Positions 26,230 to 33,166 of a stretch of DNA of 33,166 bases are shown here, piece after piece. Position 1 is the first letter of the stretch. Each line of letters starts with the position of its first letter. Made by a program: the position numbers and the translations under genes. The notes under the pieces are model-generated. The model ran no database searches, had not been told where the DNA came from, and saw only the letters and a program-made list of their open reading frames with translations. The stretch covers positions 1-33,166 of IMG/VR virus record IMGVR_UViG_3300037045_000297; one strand, given 5' to 3'. Origin of the DNA: a virus (taxonomy: Duplodnaviria; Caudoviricetes).

Positions 26230-27002
26230 ACTCCATCATCTCCTGGGTGGGCGGCAAACGGCTGCTTAGAAAGAAGATCCTGCCTCTTATTCCCAAGCAT
26301 GACATCTATTGTGAGGTGTTTGGCGGAGCCGCTTGGGTGCTGTTCGGCAAGTCGCCCAATAAGGAAGACTGGCAAACCAATCCCAAAAGCAGATATACTG
26401 AGGTCTATAACGATATTAATGGAGACTTAGTCAACTTCTGGAAGTATATTAAGAACCACCCGGAAGCCTTCGTGACTGAGCTTAACCAGTATCTAATCTC
26501 CAGAGAGCTATTCGATGCCTTTACCCAGCATCAGCCCAAGACTGAACTGGAACGGGCTATCCGCTTTTACTTCCAGTTATCCTGTTCTTACGGCTCCCGT
26601 TCCAAGAACTTCTGCATCATGCAGGGCTACAAATACATGCCCCTGCGCCAACTGGAGAAGGTGAAGGTAGCCTCCGAGAGATTACAGCAGGTGATCATTG
26701 AAAAGCAGGACTTTGAGAAGATCATTAACCGCTATGACAGTCCCAATACGTTCTTTTACTTAGACCCACCCTATTACACAAAGGAGCACTTATACGATAG
26801 AGAAGACGCAGATGCTTTTACCAAGCATGAAGAGATGGCAATACTGCTGAGGACAATAAAGGGCAAGTTCCTGCTGTCCTACAATAATGAAGCCTACATC
26901 AAGAAGCTATATAAAGGCTTTACCATTGAAACAGTGGAAGCCCAATATACTGTCTCAGGCAGTTTCCAGACTCAGACTGAGTTGATGATCAAGAATTATT
27001 GA
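26226..27002 (+). CDS. Dam/D12-family DNA adenine methyltransferase 2
   Basis: WVGGKRLL, YCEVFGGAAW, VYNDIN, FFYLDPPY. Confidence 0.93.
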   Translation: MNSIISWVGGKRLLRKKILPLIPKHDIYCEVFGGAAWVLFGKSPNKEDWQTNPKSRYTEVYNDINGDLVNFWKYIKNHPEAFVTELNQYLISRELFDAFTQHQPKTELERAIRFYFQLSCSYGSRSKNFCIMQGYKYMPLRQLEKVKVASERLQQVIIEKQDFEKIINRYDSPNTFFYLDPPYYTKEHLYDREDADAFTKHEEMAILLRTIKGKFLLSYNNEAYIKKLYKGFTIETVEAQYTVSGSFQTQTELMIKNY

Positions 27003-27005
27003 TAA

Positions 27006-27470
27006 TCAATCTTTCGATTTAAGATGTTTCAAGATTTGATATGAAAAAGATGATATGTCAGTCATAACTTTTATAGATTCAGCTGATGCGAATGAAAAGA
27101 TAGCCAATATTACTGAAGCTACTATTGTTAATACCATTGCTATAGTGTTATCAGAGAGTTTTATGGCACCAATTAAACCTCCGATGAGTAAAACCCATCC
27201 AAGTATTGTATATATGATCACTAGACCATTTAAAGCTGGATATTTAAGACCTTCCTCGTGTAAATCAACATCATTTTCAACATATACGAAACTTGGATCT
27301 CTTCTTTTCAACTCATTAACTAATTTTTCTTTATCATCATTATCTAATACGTACTCATCTAGGATCTTCAATAAATCCTCTGATGTTACTTCCGATAATA
27401 CAGATGGGGAATACCTTTCATCTTCCGGCATCTCCCATAAATCTTCAACAGTTAGATGCTTTTTGTCCAT
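27006..27470 (-). CDS. Two-TM membrane protein (moron)
   Basis: Acidic N-terminal domain plus two hydrophobic helices; AT-rich; GGAGG RBS; upstream TTGACA at 27522-27527 (minus strand). Confidence 0.8.
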   Translation of the reverse strand: MDKKHLTVEDLWEMPEDERYSPSVLSEVTSEDLLKILDEYVLDNDDKEKLVNELKRRDPSFVYVENDVDLHEEGLKYPALNGLVIIYTILGWVLLIGGLIGAIKLSDNTIAMVLTIVASVILAIFSFASAESIKVMTDISSFSYQILKHLKSKD

Positions 27471-27534
27471 ATGATCCTCCCTAAATTTATAATAATTCCT
27501 CTTTAAGATAAATATCTAAAGTGTCAATACTATT

Positions 27535-30156
27535 ATGCCTGAGCTAACATTCAAACTCGTCCTGATCACCGATGATGCCAATCTCAAGCTGAGTGAGGTA
27601 ACCCAGGAGGCTAATACTGCCAAAGAGCAGATAGAGAAGCCTGCTGCGGTCAAGATCTCGGCAGAACAAGCTTTGGCTACCATTCGTGACGTCAAGATAG
27701 CCTTTGACGGAGTGCTGCAAGTGCTTGGCTCGGTTGTCTCTTCCATGAATGACTTTCTTAATGCTTCACTGTCACAAAGACAAGCGGTAACCTTAGCCAA
27801 GATAGCCTTTGGAGAAGCTGCCGGTGAGATGGGTAACTTCGCCTCAGCCATGCAGAAAGTCACTAACTTCGAAGATGATGTGATGTTGGCTCTTATGTCT
27901 AAGTTAGCACAGACCTTCAAGCTGAATAAAGATGAGATACAGCAACTGGTCCCTGTATTATTGGACTTTGCTGAAGCTAACAAAAGCACCGGCATGACCA
28001 TCGAGTCAGCCTTTGATCTGATGGGACGTGCCTTGAACGGACATACTGAGATGTTGGGTCGGTACGGCATTGAACTGGATTCCACCCGGCTGAAGACCGA
28101 AGGTGTGTCTTATCTGGTAGAGAAGCTATCTAATGATTATGGGGGAACTGCTGAAGCTTTAGCTGATTTAAGGTTACAGAATGCCAATACCTGGGGTGAC
28201 ATCAAAGAGACCATTGGTGACATGCTCAATGTACTGATTACTCCACTATTAAAGGGACTGCGCTCCCTTATGGAAGGCTATCAGAACCTGTCTCCTGTTA
28301 TGAAAGGCTTTGTCACAGGACTGATGATTGCCATCCCTGTGATCGGGACAGTAACCACTGCCGTCATTACTCTGACAGCCGCCTACCACGCTCTTAAAAT
28401 AGCCATCAACCCCGTAGCCGGGATTATCGGTCTGGCAGTGGGAGCGGTGGCAGGTCTGGGCTTTGCCTATGCTTCCACTCAGATAGCCAATCAGTCGGCA
28501 ATGGATACTCAAGATGAGTATAGGGACTCGGTAGATCAAACTGCAGTTAGTGTGGAGTCCTTGGTCTTCAAGCATAAGGAGATAGCCTTCAGCATTGACT
28601 ATGTGGAAGCCAAGCGACGTCTGAATGAGATCAAGCGGGAGATGGCTGATTATGAGGAGACTGTCAAACTCATGCAGACCGATATGGTCCTGGTTAGTGA
28701 CGATTACTTCGATAGACAGAGAGAACGTACTATTGAAGCATCCGAACTGGCTAAGAAGATTGCAGCTGAAGATGCCCAAGCCGTAGCTGAGTATAACAAG
28801 GAAAAGGTGCGTGTTGAGACCGAAGCCACATTGTCGGGCATTGCTCTGTTGGAGTATAAGCTTGAATATGCCAGGCAACACTTCAAGGCATTGGGCAAGG
28901 TGACAGCCGATAACGCTGAGGAGCATATCTCTACCTTGGAAAAGGTCAAGAGCTTGGAACAGCAGTTAACTCAAGCCAAACAGCGAGACCTGGATGCCCT
29001 GCGCTCAATGGAGCAGAAATACAACACCCTTTCCCTTGAAGATGCTGTAGCTCGTAGACAGAGTGAACTGGAAACCCAAAGAGATGCCGAATTAGAGAAA
29101 GCCAGATTGCTCAATGCCTCTGAGCAGACCTTAGCTAACATCAGAACCTATTATGCCAATGAGATCACCAAGGTGGAACAGGATGCGGTTGCTCAAAGGC
29201 TCAAACAGGCAGAGACCGAGCAGAGGGATAAACAAAGGTTAGCCGAGGAAGAGCAGCGCAGATTGCAGGATTTGGAAGATACCCGGTTTGACTTTACCCA
29301 GCGTTTACTGGATTTATCGGGCAATACCTATCAGGCGGAACTGGATGCCATTGATAACTACTATACCAAGAAGAAAGACAAACTTATAGAAGCAGGCATC
29401 ACCGAGGAGCAGATCACCCGACAGATTGAACTGGCAAAGTCCAGGATCAGGGAGCAGTTCGACCAGAAGCATATAGCCGGAGTCAGTCAGATATTAGGCA
29501 ACCTTGCCAAGACCTCCGAAGCCTTCGGCAAGAAAGGCTTTGCTCTGTGGAAAACCTTGTCCGTAGCCCAGGCGATGATGGATACCTATTCCTCAGCCAA
29601 TGCCGCCTATAAGGCTATGGCTGGCATACCCATAATTGGACCCGGATTGGCTATTGCCGCTGCTGCCGCAGCCATCGGAGCCGGTCTGGCTAATGTGGTC
29701 GCTATCAGCAATACCGAGCCACCCAAGGCAGCTAAGGGCGGTATGCTGATCGGTAATTCCCATAGTGAGGGAGGTATCCTGATTGAAGCTGAAGGTGAGG
29801 AGTATATCACTGCTAAGGATAGAGTAAAAGCCTTGGGCAGGAACATCTTTGACTTTCTCAACTTTGCTCCCCTGAATCAGGTGAAGCTTGCCTTTGCCGG
29901 ACTGCCTGTTCCCAGTGTCCCCCTGCCTGCCAACGTCGGCTCATATTACGGCTCAGGTGGCAGTATCTCAGGCAGAGGTAGTATGGATGCGCTTCTTGAT
30001 ATAATGAGCGATATGCGGGATAAGATCGTGGAGTTACAGCAGAAAGTAACTGAGTCCAAGCCCATAATCGATATCCATGTTGACCCACTCTCCAATGATC
30101 CGGTCAGGGTGAGTGAGATAGCCGATACCGGCAAGCAGATCAGGAGTGAAGTCTGA
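27535..30156 (+). CDS. Tape measure protein
   Basis: 873 aa, Ala/Leu-rich helical, LGRYGI motif, hydrophobic central stretch, long coiled coils, C-terminal AKGG..GNSHSEGGILIEAEGEEY. Confidence 0.92.
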   Translation: MPELTFKLVLITDDANLKLSEVTQEANTAKEQIEKPAAVKISAEQALATIRDVKIAFDGVLQVLGSVVSSMNDFLNASLSQRQAVTLAKIAFGEAAGEMGNFASAMQKVTNFEDDVMLALMSKLAQTFKLNKDEIQQLVPVLLDFAEANKSTGMTIESAFDLMGRALNGHTEMLGRYGIELDSTRLKTEGVSYLVEKLSNDYGGTAEALADLRLQNANTWGDIKETIGDMLNVLITPLLKGLRSLMEGYQNLSPVMKGFVTGLMIAIPVIGTVTTAVITLTAAYHALKIAINPVAGIIGLAVGAVAGLGFAYASTQIANQSAMDTQDEYRDSVDQTAVSVESLVFKHKEIAFSIDYVEAKRRLNEIKREMADYEETVKLMQTDMVLVSDDYFDRQRERTIEASELAKKIAAEDAQAVAEYNKEKVRVETEATLSGIALLEYKLEYARQHFKALGKVTADNAEEHISTLEKVKSLEQQLTQAKQRDLDALRSMEQKYNTLSLEDAVARRQSELETQRDAELEKARLLNASEQTLANIRTYYANEITKVEQDAVAQRLKQAETEQRDKQRLAEEEQRRLQDLEDTRFDFTQRLLDLSGNTYQAELDAIDNYYTKKKDKLIEAGITEEQITRQIELAKSRIREQFDQKHIAGVSQILGNLAKTSEAFGKKGFALWKTLSVAQAMMDTYSSANAAYKAMAGIPIIGPGLAIAAAAAAIGAGLANVVAISNTEPPKAAKGGMLIGNSHSEGGILIEAEGEEYITAKDRVKALGRNIFDFLNFAPLNQVKLAFAGLPVPSVPLPANVGSYYGSGGSISGRGSMDALLDIMSDMRDKIVELQQKVTESKPIIDIHVDPLSNDPVRVSEIADTGKQIRSEV

Positions 30157-31640
30157 TGGCTAATCTATTCAAAGTGGACTTCATCATGGGCAAGACCGAT
30201 GCAGTGGATTATGGTCAGATTAAACATAGTCTGACAGATACCACCACTGACAGGCAGATCATCTCCCTTTCAGTCTCTGCCGATAAGCTGCAGTCCATCT
30301 CCAACTACAGCCGGGAACCCAAGCGTCTAACCTTTGAGTGTTTCCCGACTGCCTGGATTACCGATAATATCCTCTCCGGAGTAAATGAACATGAACGCTA
30401 CATCTCCCATTATGAGGTTAAGGTCTATCGGGACAACGTCCTGCTCTTTACCGGCATCATTGATACCTCCCAGTTAAGCTACGATGTCATCACCGGCATC
30501 CTTAAGTTCACTTGTTATGATAAGATCAAGCTGTTATCGGTCTATTCCGACCTGACCCACTATTACAGTCTGACAGCAGGTTACCTGCCAATTTGGATAC
30601 TTGGCTATTTCCTGCAGGATATCGAACAGACAATTCCCATAGCCCTACCTTATAGTAACCAGTTCACATTACCCGACCTATACATCGGAACAGGTGATGC
30701 CTTAAACATAGCTCATGTGGATTATAACGACATCCTGCAGTTTCCCGATCCGCCCGGAGGCTGGACCTATACATATCATAATACATCTTGGGCTGCTCCC
30801 AAGTATGGCTATATAGTAGACACCATAGCCAACCGGGTCACCTTTGTCTTTGCATATAAAGTGGTGATCCAAGCCACCTATCCCAGTCCTGCTACTACCA
30901 AGTACCAAGGCAGGTTCAGAGGCAGAATCCTGCACTTCTACAACAACATCTGTCCCGTGATCATGGAATACGATGAGAAGACCGGCTGGGAGGATAGCCT
31001 TACTTCTCTGGATAATGCCTATAACGAACTACTCAGCTTTTTCAATGACAATGGCATCTCCGATACCCAGTTAAACAACCTGACCAGTACCGGCACCTTA
31101 GGTAATAGCCACTATGGCAGCAGTCAGTTGGTCAATACCTGGGTGGAAGCCGACTTCTATGGCAATCTGATGCCTGTCCGTTTACATCCCGGCAAGTCCT
31201 ATGAGACCTTTAAAGATGAACAGACCGATAACATCAAGGTGCTTCAGGCTATGCTCATGCTCTATAATGCCACTCTTTATACCAGTCCCTCCGGCAGCAT
31301 CATCCTCAAGAACAAGGATGCCTACTCCTCTACTATAATAGATATAGCGGATGAGGATGTGGTCACCTTCATCACCAAGCGGGGTAATCAGGAGCAACCG
31401 GACACTGCCATCCTGGACATCTTAGCCGGAGATACCTCTCAACTGCAGAACCAGATAAAAAGTTACCTGATTGACTTCTATGACTCCAAGTGGAGCATCG
31501 ATGCCACTATCGACCAGTTAAGTAAATACAACCTTACTCTGCAGGGCAAGATCAGGATCAGAGGCAGGGTCTATGCCATTACTGAACTGGAGCGTAACTA
31601 CCTATCAGATGAATATAAACTCAAGGCATGGTTAATATGA
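30156..31640 (+). CDS. Tail-tip / baseplate hub (Tal-like) protein
   Basis: Directly follows TMP; VKVYRDNVLLFTGIID..LKFTCYD and LQGKIRIRGRVYAITELE hub-like patterns. Confidence 0.6.
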   Translation: MANLFKVDFIMGKTDAVDYGQIKHSLTDTTTDRQIISLSVSADKLQSISNYSREPKRLTFECFPTAWITDNILSGVNEHERYISHYEVKVYRDNVLLFTGIIDTSQLSYDVITGILKFTCYDKIKLLSVYSDLTHYYSLTAGYLPIWILGYFLQDIEQTIPIALPYSNQFTLPDLYIGTGDALNIAHVDYNDILQFPDPPGGWTYTYHNTSWAAPKYGYIVDTIANRVTFVFAYKVVIQATYPSPATTKYQGRFRGRILHFYNNICPVIMEYDEKTGWEDSLTSLDNAYNELLSFFNDNGISDTQLNNLTSTGTLGNSHYGSSQLVNTWVEADFYGNLMPVRLHPGKSYETFKDEQTDNIKVLQAMLMLYNATLYTSPSGSIILKNKDAYSSTIIDIADEDVVTFITKRGNQEQPDTAILDILAGDTSQLQNQIKSYLIDFYDSKWSIDATIDQLSKYNLTLQGKIRIRGRVYAITELERNYLSDEYKLKAWLI

Positions 31641-32071
31641 AGGGATTTCGCATGATCAGAGTCGATAATGGGTATAGCACCTATACCTGCGAACATGGAC
31701 AGGTGGAATATATACCCAAAATAAAGTACCGTATAGAGAAAAGGAACGCCTTTGATCCCAGCATAATCCACCAGAGAGAGCCGTACCGGGAAGACACCAT
31801 CAATCTGGAGGCAGTGATGTATCCTGAGGAATACAGTGCTTTTCTCTATTTCCTGACTCAGCCGGGTAAGTTCTATATCGAGTTCAACTGGTACAGCATC
31901 CTGATAAGGCAATACCCGGTCATCATAGCCCAGTTACCCAAAATGCCCGATGATCTGCATGAATACCCGGAAAAGATTAAAGTCACTCTGGAATCCAGAT
32001 ATGTGGGAGAGCCACCCTTTATCAACTTCGACTACTATACCACCCTGGATGACCATGAGTCCGTTTATTAA
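31628..32071 (+). CDS. Small tail-tip protein (possibly Dit/gpM-like)
   Basis: Position in the tail module; INLEAVMYPEEYSAFLYFL..GKFYIEF pattern. Start may be 31637. Confidence 0.45.
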   Translation: MVNMKGFRMIRVDNGYSTYTCEHGQVEYIPKIKYRIEKRNAFDPSIIHQREPYREDTINLEAVMYPEEYSAFLYFLTQPGKFYIEFNWYSILIRQYPVIIAQLPKMPDDLHEYPEKIKVTLESRYVGEPPFINFDYYTTLDDHESVY

Positions 32072-32117
32072 CAAAATATACAAAGATCAGAACCTATACT
32101 ATATTTAAGGAGACAAT

Positions 32118-32789
32118 ATGTATAAATTTGGAATCAGCTATTACATGATGAGCGCTGCCAGCCGTATCCCTCTGACCGGAGTCAAAGTCCGACTGGTCAG
32201 ACCAGGAAGTGACTTCTATCATGGTATCCCTGTGCATGAGACCCCTGCCAACTCAGGCTATTATGAGACAGATAAGTTAGAAGTGACTGACTGGGGCTTT
32301 TATGAGATCTGGGATGACCGGGTTAAGGAAGAGGGCTCTTTTTCGGGCAAGACCTGTATCGTAGGTCAGCTTGACAGCTATGGCATCAAAGATAAAGCCA
32401 TCGGCACCAATCAGGTGGATAATGAAGCCATCACCTCCGATAAGCTTTCAGCCGAGGCAGTCAAGACCAAGAACCTGGCTAACGGCATCATACCACTTTC
32501 TAAGATGATCTGCGAGATCCAAGACCAGAGCCAGGGCAGAGGGATGCAGAGCAATCAGTCTCCACCACATATGGAATTGGATGATCTTGCCGAGCATATC
32601 CTTGTTAAAGAATATGATCACATACCGCATATCATCCTGACTCCTTGGTGTGACAGTAATCTCTTTATCAAGGATGTCAAGCATGAGGAGAGGCAAATAA
32701 TTATAACCATAGCCAAAGGTCAGCGTTTCGATGCTCCCGAATGGAGATATACTATCCTCGCTATATCAAGTGAACCTAACAATGACTAA
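32118..32789 (+). CDS. Short tail fibre / receptor-binding-like protein
   Basis: Central 10-residue-period repeats (DKAIGTNQVD NEAITSDKLS AEAVKTKNLA) as seen in phage fibres; last gene of the tail module; AAGGAG RBS. Confidence 0.55.
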   Translation: MYKFGISYYMMSAASRIPLTGVKVRLVRPGSDFYHGIPVHETPANSGYYETDKLEVTDWGFYEIWDDRVKEEGSFSGKTCIVGQLDSYGIKDKAIGTNQVDNEAITSDKLSAEAVKTKNLANGIIPLSKMICEIQDQSQGRGMQSNQSPPHMELDDLAEHILVKEYDHIPHIILTPWCDSNLFIKDVKHEERQIIITIAKGQRFDAPEWRYTILAISSEPNND

Positions 32790-32800
32790 AATCAAAACTA

Positions 32801-33037
32801 TCCATTTGCAGAAATGCTGATACTTTCACTAAATTTGGTATTAATCATCAGTTTGAACCCTGAAATTACCTAACACACTTGTATGATTGAAGTTGGAAAA
32901 TTTCATTTGCAGAATTAAATGAAACTCCATTTGCAGAAATGCTGATACTCATTTGCAGAAACCTTGATACTCTGCATCCTGTAAAAAAGCCGATTTGCAG
33001 AATTGGTGATCCGATTTGCAGAATTACTTGAGACTTT
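32801..33037 (+). repeat. Right-end array of six ATTTGCAGAA-N4/5-TGA(T)AC-like sites (transposase binding sites)
   Basis: ATTTGCAGAA at 32804, 32905, 32929, 32951, 32993, 33014; 32801-32824 and 32926-32949 are identical 24-mers. Confidence 0.9.
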
Positions 33038-33048
33038 GCAACAGCTAT
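33038..33048 (+). repeat. Right copy of flanking direct repeat GCAACAGCTAT
   Basis: 10/11 match to 117-127; abuts the right terminal inverted repeat. Confidence 0.55.
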
Positions 33049-33166
33049 GTCGCATTTGAGGCGAAAGCAGCCACTCCTTAACTATAATTTTGCTTGACAT
33101 CTATAAGCAGTCAAATATCTTATTATTATACAAAGCATAAATTCTTTATCAGCAAGACCATAGTCT

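Larger units (their letters stand above)
128..33037. mobile_element. Mu-like transposable prophage (sipho-type), apparently complete
   Basis: DDE transposase plus AAA ATPase next to a repressor at one end, GemA/DUF3164/MuF-type genes, a full head and tail set, and inverted repeats at both ends (128-151 vs 33014-33037, 20/24 identity). Exact termini are uncertain by a few bp. Confidence 0.92.

Noticed and set aside
22208-28926. Long antisense ORFs (22208-22684, 23135-23758, 27516-28085, 28249-28926)
   Set aside because: Shadow frames of well-supported capsid and tape measure genes; no independent signals.
30156-32789. Diversity-generating retroelement or invertible tail-fibre cassette
   Set aside because: No reverse transcriptase, TR/VR pair, invertase or inverted crossover sites were seen.
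32801-33037. CRISPR array or iteron origin at the right end
   Set aside because: No unique spacers of constant length and no Rep gene; the inverted copy at the left end fits transposon ends better.
32915-33100. 61-aa minus-strand ORF with SANR repeats
   Set aside because: It is a translation of the right-end DNA repeats and crosses the presumed element boundary.

Overview
Almost the whole window (about 128..33037) is one apparently complete Mu-like transposable prophage with a non-contractile (sipho-type) tail; no sheath gene is visible. From the left: end repeats; a CI/LexA-type (HTH + S24) repressor divergent from an early operon (HTH protein, MuA-like DDE transposase, MuB-like ATPase, double-wHTH protein, GemA, DUF3164, HTH); then TerS, TerL and MuF. 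A ~9.2 kb AT-rich, opposite-strand cargo block follows, carrying an HNH fusion, an NgoMIV-family REase with an N4/N6 MTase, and two large secreted proteins with T9SS/FlgD-type C-termini. After it come endolysin, neck genes, portal, a fused protease-scaffold-capsid protein, tail tube, a -1 frameshifted tail chaperone, two tandem Dam-family MTases, an inverted membrane-protein moron, tape measure and tail-tip genes, and an array of right-end repeats. The cargo C-termini suggest a Cloacimonadota-like host (inference). The most unusual features are (1) 24-bp terminal inverted repeats flanked by a 9-11 bp direct repeat, with no TG at the left end, instead of Mu's TG...CA ends and 5-bp duplication; (2) seven copies of a CACTGTGACA motif inside the coding sequence of the first early gene, with two more copies at the left end; and (3) host-type secreted surface proteins plus a defence operon inserted in the middle of the head module. 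All family calls are from motif recognition by eye; no database searches were run.
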